Origin: Candidatus Bathyarchaeia archaeon
GTDB taxonomy: Archaea > Thermoproteota > Bathyarchaeia > Bathyarchaeales > Bathycorpusculaceae
Direction of reading: 5' to 3'
DNA length: 64,000 nt
Assembly (NCBI GenBank): GCA_049521795.1
Contig: JBEKOM010000011.1
Location: 1-64,000, forward strand
In this document: positions 30,664 to 40,052 of the stretch, piece by piece
How the letters are laid out: each line of letters begins with the position of its first letter
Position numbering within the stretch: the stretch's first letter is position 1
Made by a program: the position numbers and the translations under genes
The notes under the pieces: model-generated
Told to the model about the DNA's origin: nothing
Databases searched by the model: none
The model's input: only the letters and a program-made list of their open reading frames with translations

Positions 30664-31266
30664 CTAAGGAGAAGCTGTCATGTTAAGCCAAAGGGTGACG
30701 AAACGATTATGATAACCGAACCCGTCTGACACTGGATCGTAAATCCAAAGTTCTGTGAAAAGCTGATAGTAATAACCGCTGTTCACCGCATCCCAAGAAA
30801 CAGACTTGTCGACACTGGACGAAACTCCATTTATCAGGAGATTCCCAACATTAGATTGATTGTTAGAAAAAGACACGTTGGAAAACGAAAACGTCAAAGG
30901 AAACTCGCTGCTACCGTTGTCCTCGATGAACATACGATACGTGTACAGAGGCGAAAGAACACTCGGCGTCCCAGCCGTCGAGTTGGGCAAAGGCTCAGTC
31001 TCGTTCCTAAACTTCACGTACAAAACATAGTACGTCGAAGAACCCATATGGCAACCAACACCGACATTAATCAGATAATTCACGCCGGCAGTAACGTTGC
31101 CTGGAAGGTCCTCAGCCATATTCTCAGGCCCCAGAATATACAGCTCAGAAAACCTTTCACCGCCCGGCAAATGCAGGACCAAGCTCAGAACGGGAGTGGC
31201 AAGAAGCAGAACGCCAATCAAGCCAACAGCAACAAAAACAACCCTATAATCCTCAAGCTTCATCAT
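30664..31266 (-). CDS. DUF1616-like membrane-anchored protein
   Basis: N-terminal TM, ERFSELYILGP, LFTELW...FVTLWLN. Confidence 0.7.
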   Translation of the reverse strand: MMKLEDYRVVFVAVGLIGVLLLATPVLSLVLHLPGGERFSELYILGPENMAEDLPGNVTAGVNYLINVGVGCHMGSSTYYVLYVKFRNETEPLPNSTAGTPSVLSPLYTYRMFIEDNGSSEFPLTFSFSNVSFSNNQSNVGNLLINGVSSSVDKSVSWDAVNSGYYYQLFTELWIYDPVSDGFGYHNRFVTLWLNMTASP

Positions 31267-31795
31267 GCGCCACCTCCGGCTTCATGCCAAACACCTTCCC
31301 AACATGGCTATGCTTGAACCGTCGCCAAACAAGCGCCAAAACAAAGACAAACACGGCCCCGCCTACCACAGAAATGGTGAAATACGTCCAAAAAATCGTC
31401 TGCGCCTCGTCCAAAGCCGGCGCCCTCAGAACCTCGGCGTCGCTCTTAACGCTCTCTGCAATTTCAACACACTGGCCAGCCTTGGTGGAAGCCTCGCTTG
31501 AATTCCCGTTTGTAAGCGCGACCTCAGCTTCGGTCAGAAGCCCCCCAGCTTCATTCAGCTTCACAATCAAACTGGAAACGTTCGCTCCAGCCCTCTCAGC
31601 GTCCAAAGTAGCGTTAAAAGCCAGGCGAACCGCAACGTCCGCGTTTTCAACACTCCCGGAAGCTTCGTCGGCGCCCTTGGCAAACCGCGACCGGTACGAG
31701 ATGAAGCCCGCAACCATCAGAATCAGCAGCAGCCAAGCAGAAGCCTTGAGGCATCGTTTGAGGAGGCGGCTCACTTTCGACGTTTCCCTCCGCAC
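31253..31795 (-). CDS. Hypothetical membrane protein (helical ectodomain, two TM segments)
   Basis: AERAGANVSSLIVKLNEAG; overlaps its neighbours in operon fashion. Confidence 0.7.
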   Translation of the reverse strand: MRRETSKVSRLLKRCLKASAWLLLILMVAGFISYRSRFAKGADEASGSVENADVAVRLAFNATLDAERAGANVSSLIVKLNEAGGLLTEAEVALTNGNSSEASTKAGQCVEIAESVKSDAEVLRAPALDEAQTIFWTYFTISVVGGAVFVFVLALVWRRFKHSHVGKVFGMKPEVAHDEA

Positions 31796-32124
31796 ATAGC
31801 TTTAAGCTTGCCATTTCTCGAAGGCTGGCACATCCTCTTCAAAACTTCTCGCTCGTACATGACGCTCTGAAGTTCGCTCTCCACCATTGAATATTTACTG
31901 GAGAGAGCAAGGTATTTTACCAGAAAATCCTGACCCTTCTCCGTAACCTCGTAACCCTCACCATTCAACCGCAAGAAACCAGCCTGAACCGTCCTCCCCA
32001 AATACTTCTCAAAAAGCCTGTAACTCAAGTTCGCAACACCCATAATCCGAGTCTTCTTTGAACCGCTGCCAGCAGCATGCAGCATATCCGCTATGATCCC
32101 AAGCATATCCCTGTACTTACCCAT
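31771..32124 (-). CDS. Archaeal winged-helix regulator (HTH_45-like)
   Basis: MGKYRDMLGIIADML...KKTRIMGVANLSY...YEVTEKG; ATG at 32124 preferred over the track start. Confidence 0.85.
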   Translation of the reverse strand: MGKYRDMLGIIADMLHAAGSGSKKTRIMGVANLSYRLFEKYLGRTVQAGFLRLNGEGYEVTEKGQDFLVKYLALSSKYSMVESELQSVMYEREVLKRMCQPSRNGKLKAMCGGKRRK

Positions 32125-32449
32125 CCAAACCACAACCAAACACACAACAACAGCCGAAAGACAACACAAACCCAAAACTCAACTAACACAAAGCACACAC
32201 GCTACGACACACACGCACCACAAACCCGCCTGCCCCAACAAGGAACTGTTACCACACAACATTACCAAAAACGTTACCAACAAAAAGGCGGGGGTCCACA
32301 ACACAACATCGCGACAGATCACAACTACAGACTACATCTGACCCGGCAACTGAAGAAAGGGGGTCAACTTTCACAGGCGTCTCTCCTGAAGCACCAGCTT
32401 TACACTCTCAGAAATCAACATTCTAAGGATCAGAAATCGGATACCAAGC

Positions 32450-32842
32450 TCACTTGTGAAGCCAGCCCCTGCCGCCCTTCTTCAGATGCTGCCCATCCTT
32501 CTTAGGCTTGGACTCACCGTTAACGAAGGCTCTCGCCCTCGAGTGAGCAACAGTGCCCACGTGCAATCGAACAAACTTGCCCCACCCACCGACATCAGGA
32601 TCAGGAGAATAAACCAGACCCTGAGACGCGTAAACCGCCATTATCTGCGAAAAACTCAGAACCTTAGCGTTCCTAGTCGCAAAAATAACGTGCCCGCGAC
32701 TCGTAAAAACCAACGGGTAATCCCGAACAGAAACCGCTTCAGCCCTAACCCTGTCATCAAACCGCTCCCTCCACAAGAGCTCCCACTCCTCCTTAACCTT
32801 ACCCCGAAACACATCCCGCTCAACCCTGCTCGTGGTCTGCAC
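32450..32842 (-). CDS. Hypothetical protein
   Basis: 130 aa, GGGAGG upstream, WEL-LW-ERFDD and GGWGKF motifs. Confidence 0.65.
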   Translation of the reverse strand: MQTTSRVERDVFRGKVKEEWELLWRERFDDRVRAEAVSVRDYPLVFTSRGHVIFATRNAKVLSFSQIMAVYASQGLVYSPDPDVGGWGKFVRLHVGTVAHSRARAFVNGESKPKKDGQHLKKGGRGWLHK

Positions 32843-33226
32843 TAGACCAGTCCCTCCCTGACAGGAGCGGAACCGAACACATTTTCAAGCATGTTCACAC
32901 ATTCGCCCGCTATCTCTTTCTCCTAAACCCTTCAAATTGAAAACCTGCTATTTAAACAATATTCTATGTAACATCTACGCAAATGTTCTAGAACAAAACC
33001 CCACATGTATAGCGCGTGCGAGAAACGGCAACAACACCAGAACAAAATCCGGCCTAGGAGCTCCAACAACCTGCTCATTAACAACCAGAACGCCCGAGTT
33101 CTCAGAAGCCAAAGGCTCCGCTTAGCGCGTTGCCTTGTCCCTTTATTGTGTGTGCGCACTTGAACAGTTCACACGGCTCCAGATCCCACCTGAACAGCCT
33201 CAGCGTTTTCAACAATGCTCGTCAAC

Positions 33227-33261
33227 TGTATATGCAAAACGTATATGCAAAATGTATATGC
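33227..33261. repeat. Tandem 13-bp repeat (YGTATATGCAAAA) x2.7
   Basis: tgtatatgcaaaa cgtatatgcaaaa tgtatatgc in the intergenic region. Confidence 0.85.
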
Positions 33262-33445
33262 TCTCACGTGCGCGCTATTGGCGAATTTAGGGACAAGCCA
33301 ACGCGCGACAGTTGAGCAAAGGCTCCTCTGCTTGGCAAAAGCCGAGGTCACAGAAGACTCAGAATGGTCGAACATGAACCGAAAACAAAATAGAACCCTT
33401 AACTATAACATGAGTTCATAGGCATAGAATACGGAGCCAAGGATC

Positions 33446-34363
33446 ATGAACAAGCCTTTCAAATTCCTCATGGCAGTTTTCGTTCTCATATCTCTGATAG
33501 GCTCGGCGGCCACTCAAGTGAGAGCGCAGGGCAGCCCGATAGAGGCAGAAATACTTCCTTCACAAGGGACAGCCACCACGATTATTCTCCTGAGATTCAC
33601 CACGACAAACGCAACCGTGGGCAACGTCCAGACAGCCGACATCTTCTGGGACGACACCATCGTAGCCCTCAACCAGCAGGGCACGCTAGGAGCAGACGGC
33701 TCATACAACTACAACCTAACAGTCCCAACCGAGCCTCCCCTGTCCAACGTGGGAAACCACACGATCCGAGTAGACTCAACCGTCTTCAACTACGGCCCAG
33801 TAAGCTTCAACTTCACCTTCACAATAACAGAATTCGTCCCATCCCCAGAATACACGGCCCTGAACGCCACCTACAACTCACTGCTCACCAACTACACCAA
33901 ACTACTCGCCAATTACGCCCAGCTACTCATCAACTTCAACGATACCTCAACAGCCTACGCCAACCTTCTCAGCCAGGCCAACCAACTCAACCTAAGCTAC
34001 ATCACGCTACTCGCCAACTACAACAGCCTAACCGCAAACTACAATTCACTAGCAGCCAACTACAACTTACAAGAAACAAACTACGACAGCCTCCACACAA
34101 CATTCAACGCACTGCTAACAAACTACACCAGCCTACAAAACAGCTTCCAATCCCTCAACTCCAACTACAACAACCTGACACAATACTATAACGCACTAAA
34201 CTCAACCTACACAAGCCTCACAGCAAACTACGACGCCACACGCGGCCAAGTAGCCCTCAGCACAAACATCAACTACACCCTCACAGCATCAACCATCATC
34301 CTAGCAGCCGCAACCATCTACCTCGCCACAAAAAAATCAAAACCACCCACAAAAACAAGATAA
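33446..34363 (+). CDS. Secreted membrane-anchored protein with Ig-like domain and NYxxL heptad coiled coil
   Basis: Signal peptide, repeated LxANYNSL heptads, C-terminal TM followed by a basic tail. Confidence 0.85.
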   Translation: MNKPFKFLMAVFVLISLIGSAATQVRAQGSPIEAEILPSQGTATTIILLRFTTTNATVGNVQTADIFWDDTIVALNQQGTLGADGSYNYNLTVPTEPPLSNVGNHTIRVDSTVFNYGPVSFNFTFTITEFVPSPEYTALNATYNSLLTNYTKLLANYAQLLINFNDTSTAYANLLSQANQLNLSYITLLANYNSLTANYNSLAANYNLQETNYDSLHTTFNALLTNYTSLQNSFQSLNSNYNNLTQYYNALNSTYTSLTANYDATRGQVALSTNINYTLTASTIILAAATIYLATKKSKPPTKTR

Positions 34364-34683
34364 CCCACACCCAAAACACCAACAAACACAAAACCACCGC
34401 GCGTGCTTCTAGAACAAAACCCAACATCTTCCACAACGACAAAGTATCATCCGAACCCAGCATTACTTCAAGAGCATCAATAAAGAAAACCGCGGAAACT
34501 TTGAGCGCGCGGGAGAATTGTGACAAACGCTTCAATTTCAGCTGGTGTCCAACGCCACAAATGCCTTGTTTCTAACTTAGACTCCGACCCGCACAAACCG
34601 ATCCAGACTCACCACAACGTAATAAGATACACATACATGTCAAAAACACTTATCTCCTCCATCATGCGGAGCTGCATTCAGGC

Positions 34684-34893
34684 ATGATCTTGAAAATGCC
34701 CGGAAACATACGCGTACGCAGCAGGGCGGTTATACTGGTACTCCTACCCGTCACAACCCTCCTCTGGCTAGTCGGATGGACACTCTATTGGACAGGCTCC
34801 AGAACCAAACCCCAAAAACCCAAACCCACCCCGCAAACAGACACTATGATCACCACAGCCATACTCTTAGAAAACGAAGAATACAACACCTAA
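34684..34893 (+). CDS. Small membrane protein
   Basis: LLPVTTLLWLVGWTLYWTG single TM segment. Confidence 0.55.
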   Translation: MILKMPGNIRVRSRAVILVLLPVTTLLWLVGWTLYWTGSRTKPQKPKPTPQTDTMITTAILLENEEYNT

Positions 34894-35000
34894 CCCAACC
34901 TCGTCACCACAAGAACACAACAAGAACAATCAACATCGCTAATCGAGTACCCCAGAACAACCTCCTCCAGAAAATCCACACCTCACGTGAGTAGCCTATT

Positions 35001-35249
35001 ATGAACAAAGATCTTGATACAAGCATTACAGTTCTCAGAGTAGTCGGCGAAGCCCTCTTCCTGTATGGACTGCTGGGCTGGATCTACGGAGTACTAGTGG
35101 ACATAACACATCCCGACTGGCTGCCGCTCGCTTTGTCTCATCTCACAACATGGATTAGAACAGACACGTTCGCAGTGTTGTCTTTCATCTTAAGCATCAT
35201 CGGATTCTTCGTCTGGAGACTAGCTCAAAAGATAACAAGACAGCGTTAA
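35001..35249 (+). CDS. Small two-TM membrane protein
   Basis: Two hydrophobic segments with a LSHLTTWIRTDTF loop. Confidence 0.7.
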   Translation: MNKDLDTSITVLRVVGEALFLYGLLGWIYGVLVDITHPDWLPLALSHLTTWIRTDTFAVLSFILSIIGFFVWRLAQKITRQR

Positions 35250-35494
35250 GCGCGCGCTTCCGACAGCTCGGCTTCGTTGCAACCATAGAAACAACAGACC
35301 TGCAACGTTCACTAGCGCGCGTTTTACGAGGAGGCAGACGATTTGCTAGTTTAACTTTGCAATTTTGCAAACCAGACTTTGCAGCTTTCCTAACACAATT
35401 GGCTAACCACTCGAAAACCATTCTCAAAAACTGTTAAGTGCCCATGAAATTTCCTTAGGCTTAACGGAGACAGAATCGGAGGGAAAGAATAAAC

Positions 35495-35881
35495 TTGGTG
35501 AGGAGATCTGTGTTTGATCAAATCTTCCGAGAAATGCGGGAAATACGTTACCGCCTTGACGACATTGAAAAATCCTTTTCAAACTGGAACCCTCGGCCTC
35601 TGAAGATTTCCCCTTCAGAGCTGTTCCTATTGCCAGATCACCTTAGAAAAACCTACATGACCGTCGCGTCGAAAGGCGAATGCAACTCTATACGAGTATC
35701 AGACCTCACCGGTCGCTGCCGCGCGTTAGAGAGCAGCTACCTCAACCAACTAGTTCGAATGGGCTGGCTGACAAAAAGGAGAGGCTTAAAAACAATGTAC
35801 TTCCGCGTAGTCTCCGCCGGGATATTAAAAGAAACAGCAATGGCGGAGGCAAAAAGGGCATACGGCGCGCTACTTGGATAA
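35495..35881 (+). CDS. Winged helix-turn-helix regulator, paralog of 754..1122
   Basis: VRRSVFDQIF...LPDHLRKTYMTV...TGRCRALESSYLNQL. Confidence 0.8.
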   Translation: MVRRSVFDQIFREMREIRYRLDDIEKSFSNWNPRPLKISPSELFLLPDHLRKTYMTVASKGECNSIRVSDLTGRCRALESSYLNQLVRMGWLTKRRGLKTMYFRVVSAGILKETAMAEAKRAYGALLG

Positions 35882-35928
35882 TGAAAGGATACGTATTGAA
35901 TCGGGTTTTGAGTCGAAGGTGCTAGGGT

Positions 35929-37113
35929 GTGAGGCGTAAGCGCCGGTTGGCTTTGGTTTTGGCAATCGCGGCAATATTATCCATCTCCATGGCTAGGCTG
36001 TTCTTTGATAGTCCAGCTATTTTGAGGGTGTCAGCCGTCATAACGTCAGTGCCTCTGGGAGTGTACTGGGACGCGAATTGCAGCACACCAGTGTATTCCA
36101 TCGATTGGGGCAACGTGACCGTTGGGGAGACGAAGACGATTACAATGTACGTTCGAAACGAGGGGAACGAAACATTCGTTCTGAGTGTTGAGGCAGAGAA
36201 CTGGCAAGCAGGCAACACCTCTAACGTTGCAACTTTCAGCAGCGAGGAACCAAAGATAGGACCAGGCCAGACTGTTCAGGTTAATCCGAGTCTAACGGTA
36301 TTTTCGAACGCGTCTGCGATTTCCAGTTTCAGCTTCGACATCGCTTTCGCGGAAACGTTTGTCAGGCTGGGCGATTTCGACACGTTGTTCTCCAACAACA
36401 CAAGTGCGGTGAGGATGATTTATCCTTCAGACAACACTACTAAACCGCTTAACTGCAGTGCGGCATTGGTGAGTGACTGGACAGCGTCCGCGTTCGTCTA
36501 CACAAAACTTGCAAATGTCACGGAGGGCCTCGACACTCAGGCCAGCTTTGTAGATCAAACCACAGGAAAGCCTGTGGGGGCCTCAGGAACGGGCATAGTA
36601 AGCTTTGGCGGCCCTATAGTAAACCCCGTCGTGAAGTATTCGGAGAGTAACACCAGCACTCCTTCGTCGGATAGAGCACCCATCCAATTCTATGATGCAA
36701 ACGGAGTTTTCTACTTCCAATACTCGAGCGGTTCAGCCATTTCAGGGACCAGCATGCCTGCCTCGACTGTCAATGGAAATCAAGACGTCTTTGTTATCGA
36801 GACGTTCAGTGATGGGGGCGGCAGATACATAATGCTATGCTATGGCTTTGGTTGGAAAGGAACATATGCTGCAGGCAAATACTTTGACACAGTCATATAC
36901 CCAAATCTGCAATCGCAGAGCGAAAGCTGGATCATCGTAAAGTGGAATGATACCAACGGAAACGGCTTTGTAGATGGGCCTTATGATGGAGAGACACGTA
37001 TACAATCATCGCACAGGGCAACTGAACGGCACAAGCGCGCGCTGCATGAGCTGTGCATGCTTCTGCATAGACTCAATTACTTCCTGCTTCACGTCAACAT
37101 CATTGCAACATGA
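35929..37113 (+). CDS. Secreted protein; N-terminal domain shared with 1..773, distinct C-terminal domain; probable frameshift near 36990
   Basis: Signal peptide, LGVYWDANCS, SFGGPIVN, YGFGWKGTYAAG, DTNGNGFVD. Removing one GA from gagaga gives DTYTIIAQGN-stop at 37025. Confidence 0.8.
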   Translation: MRRKRRLALVLAIAAILSISMARLFFDSPAILRVSAVITSVPLGVYWDANCSTPVYSIDWGNVTVGETKTITMYVRNEGNETFVLSVEAENWQAGNTSNVATFSSEEPKIGPGQTVQVNPSLTVFSNASAISSFSFDIAFAETFVRLGDFDTLFSNNTSAVRMIYPSDNTTKPLNCSAALVSDWTASAFVYTKLANVTEGLDTQASFVDQTTGKPVGASGTGIVSFGGPIVNPVVKYSESNTSTPSSDRAPIQFYDANGVFYFQYSSGSAISGTSMPASTVNGNQDVFVIETFSDGGGRYIMLCYGFGWKGTYAAGKYFDTVIYPNLQSQSESWIIVKWNDTNGNGFVDGPYDGETRIQSSHRATERHKRALHELCMLLHRLNYFLLHVNIIAT

Positions 37114-37317
37114 GAGCAGGATCTCCAGACCCTAGCGTCCGCGCACAACGCTCAAAATCCTGCTCACAAGCTCGGTCAGCTTCAGTCATAGCTCATGCTA
37201 TTACTGTTTTGCTTCAACTGCCCCGCCTGCAAGATGGCCTCAAGCCGACGAAACAGTTAATTCCTGCGCGACCGCGCGTATAATCAGCAATCTGCAAGAC
37301 GAATCTAGGTTTATGTT

Positions 37318-38022
37318 ATGGCTGCCGATCAAGAAAGCGTCACGCGAATACTGTCAGCGCTCTCGCACCCCACTAGAAGAGGGATCCTCCTCACTCTCAA
37401 CGAGAAGAGCGAATGCTCCTTCACCGACCTGATGAACGCTTTGAGCATCGATACCGGAAAGCTGAGTTTTCACATTCGAAATCTGACGGGGCTGATCGAG
37501 CAATCGCCGTCGGGCAAGTACCGGCTAAACAAGATGGGCGAAAACGCCGTCAGACTCGTCATGGACCTGCAATCTTGGGCCTCAGAGCTGGCCAAAAGAG
37601 CCTACGCCTTCCTCATCGACTTCGGAGTCGTTCTCGCCGTGTTCACGGCAGCTTCCTTGATAGCCACCGTGTTCTCATTAATCACGGGAGGAGGATTCCG
37701 CCCTGACATCAACGTCATCCTCTTCGTCCTCGTATTCTGGGTCTATTCCACACTGCTCGAAGGCTTCTCAGGCCAAAGCCTCGGCAAGAGACTCCTAAGA
37801 CTCACCGTTGTCCGCCTAGACGGAAAAAAAATGTTCTACGACCACGCTGCAGTCAGAAACTTCGGAAAAATCTTCGTCATACTGCCCTTCGATCTACTCG
37901 CAGGACGCCGACTGAAGGACAAGAGGTACATCAGATACTTCGACAAGTTTGCAGGAACAACAGTAATAGACCTTAACCCAGAACACTCACAAGAATCTCC
38001 AACGAGTGCCCAGACATCATAG
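37318..38022 (+). CDS. ArsR-type HTH fused to RDD domain
   Basis: ALSHPTRRGIL, GKLSFHIRNL; KRAYAFLID, GQSLGK, DKFAGTTV. Confidence 0.88.
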   Translation: MAADQESVTRILSALSHPTRRGILLTLNEKSECSFTDLMNALSIDTGKLSFHIRNLTGLIEQSPSGKYRLNKMGENAVRLVMDLQSWASELAKRAYAFLIDFGVVLAVFTAASLIATVFSLITGGGFRPDINVILFVLVFWVYSTLLEGFSGQSLGKRLLRLTVVRLDGKKMFYDHAAVRNFGKIFVILPFDLLAGRRLKDKRYIRYFDKFAGTTVIDLNPEHSQESPTSAQTS

Positions 38023-38273
38023 CATTTGGAGGGCACGTGCACACCGCCAACAGCCAGAATCCATTTCAGGACAAATCTTGCACCACTGATCGCCTACAAA
38101 GTGCGAACATTCGCGCGCGCTAGACTTGTTGTGCTCAGCTGCACATCGGCCAACAACTCTGGCGATCCTATTGTTTGTTGAGAAAAAGTGTGGATGAGTT
38201 GAAGTGTTTCTGCCCAGAGCTTATAAGCGCAGCTGTTGACTTGCTTCTGGAGCGGCCAAGCGGGGGTTGACGT

Positions 38274-39053
38274 TTGAAGGTCACAAGAAGTGGCGTCAAT
38301 AGTGTCCGAGCGAAGCAGAAACGTAGATTGTGGTTTGATGAGTTGAACATGAGAGACGTCAAAGAATGCGCTAAGTCAAACAGCGCCCTCATTGTTCCTG
38401 TTGGGAGTGTTGAGGAGCATGGGGCTCACTTGCCTCTGTGCACCGATAGTGCGCAGCCTGAGTTCGTGGCGGTTGAAGTAGCCAAGAGAACTGGGTGCTT
38501 GGTTGCGCCGCCTTTGAGGTACGGTGTCTGCGATTCGACGCGGGGTTTTCCTGGCACGATTTCAATCGGGTTTGACTCGTTGCACAGGGTTGTTCGAGAC
38601 GTTCTTGAGGAGTTTGTTCGCAACGGTTTCAGGAGGATTCTCGTTTTGAGTGGTCACGCTGGTCAGGCTCACATGGCTGCGCTGAGACTTGCGGCGCAGG
38701 AGGTTGTTTGGCATCATCAAGGCGAGGGTGCGGAGAAGAGGTGTCGGATTATGGTGTGTTCGGATTATGACTTTGCTTATGAGTTGAGGGGGAAGTATTT
38801 CAGCGAGAAGGATGGTCATGCTGGAGCGATTGAGACTTCAAGAGTTATGGCCATTAGGCCTGACTTAGTTAAGATGAGGGGTAGGAAGAGTTTTCCGGAG
38901 CTGCCGAGGTTCGAGATAGTCGCGGATGCGCAGAAGTATTTTCCGAGCGGTGTGATCGGTGACCCGACAGCGGCGTCGCGGAGGAAAGGTCGGATGATTA
39001 ACAGTTACGTCGTGGAAAACGTGGCTAAACTCGTGGAAGATTTGATGCGTTGA
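38274..39053 (+). CDS. Creatininase family amidohydrolase
   Basis: PVGSVEEHGAHLPLCTD, FPGTIS, SGHAG, HAGAIETS, SGVIGDP. Confidence 0.92.
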   Translation: MKVTRSGVNSVRAKQKRRLWFDELNMRDVKECAKSNSALIVPVGSVEEHGAHLPLCTDSAQPEFVAVEVAKRTGCLVAPPLRYGVCDSTRGFPGTISIGFDSLHRVVRDVLEEFVRNGFRRILVLSGHAGQAHMAALRLAAQEVVWHHQGEGAEKRCRIMVCSDYDFAYELRGKYFSEKDGHAGAIETSRVMAIRPDLVKMRGRKSFPELPRFEIVADAQKYFPSGVIGDPTAASRRKGRMINSYVVENVAKLVEDLMR

Positions 39054-39157
39054 CAGTCGTGATTTTGGATTAGTGCGTGCCAATGAGACAATTATCACAA
39101 ATCCTTAAACGGATCAACTGAGAGAATCTGTTCACTGCAAGAGTCAAAGAGTAGGAC

Positions 39158-39910
39158 GTGATCTTCATGAATCTTCAGAATCGAGTAGTTATTGTCACTG
39201 GTGCTTCTTCGGGGATCGGCCTTGCGACCGCAAAGCTTCTTGCTAAACAAGGCGCCAAACTTGCTCTCGTCTCCCGTTCCAAAGAGAAACTGGAGCAACT
39301 GTCAGCTGAGCTCCCCAACTCCTTAGCGGTCCCCGCAGACATGACGAGAATTTATGAAATCGAAGGGATGATCAGGAAGGTGATGGAACACTTCGGGAGG
39401 ATCGACGTTCTACTCAACTGTGCGGGTCAAGGGTATGATGCTCCGATTGAGAAGACTAACGTTGACACTTTTCATCGTATCTTCGACTTGGACGTTGTGG
39501 GTCCGCTTGTTGCGATGGAGCAGGTTATTCCTATCATGCGGAAGCAGGGCGGAGGAACAATTGTCAACGTTAGCTCCGGCACTGCGCTGATGTATTTGCC
39601 GTACAACGGTGCATATTCGGGCTTGAAACGCGCGCTTGCCAATATCAGCTTGACTGCAAGGGAAGAGTTGAAGAAGGACAAAATCGTCGTCAGTGTCGTG
39701 TACCCGTACATGACGCTCACAGATTTCGAGAAGAACACGATTAAAGACGTTGTTCTCGAGGGAGCGGAGCAGAATGGTGGCCCTCCCTTTCCAGCTGACA
39801 CGGCAGAGTATGTGGCACAGAAGATACTGGAAGGAATAGAAACCGGAGAAGCAGAAATCTTTGCACACGACTGGATGAAAGGAAGAGCCAACACAAACTC
39901 GGTTGGATGA
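39158..39910 (+). CDS. Short-chain dehydrogenase/reductase
   Basis: TGASSGIG, NCAG, YSGLK. Confidence 0.92.
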   Translation: MIFMNLQNRVVIVTGASSGIGLATAKLLAKQGAKLALVSRSKEKLEQLSAELPNSLAVPADMTRIYEIEGMIRKVMEHFGRIDVLLNCAGQGYDAPIEKTNVDTFHRIFDLDVVGPLVAMEQVIPIMRKQGGGTIVNVSSGTALMYLPYNGAYSGLKRALANISLTAREELKKDKIVVSVVYPYMTLTDFEKNTIKDVVLEGAEQNGGPPFPADTAEYVAQKILEGIETGEAEIFAHDWMKGRANTNSVG

Positions 39911-40052
39911 AGCTTAGCGCACCGCGCGCGTGGCATAAAGTGTGCGTGCAACGGTGATAGGCCCGCCTATTCGAGGGCCCAAATATGTTCTGATTTCGAA
40001 AGCTCGCTCTTGAGGTTTAAGGTTTATATGTTTTCGTGTTGAAGCTTCTGTT

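Noticed and set aside
32077-32505. Thr/His/Gln-rich plus-strand ORFs
   Set aside because: By-product of the A/C-rich tract, which lacks stop codons; they overlap a real minus-strand gene.
33227-33261. Possible CRISPR array
   Set aside because: Units are 13 bp with no spacers, and no cas genes are in the window.
33860-34240. Apparent DNA repeats (aactacaac...)
   Set aside because: Explained by NYxxL heptad coiled-coil coding.
38274-39053. MftE-like RiPP peptidase for the DECDEEW peptides
   Set aside because: More than 30 kb away, ordinary creatininase-family protein, no radical SAM partner.
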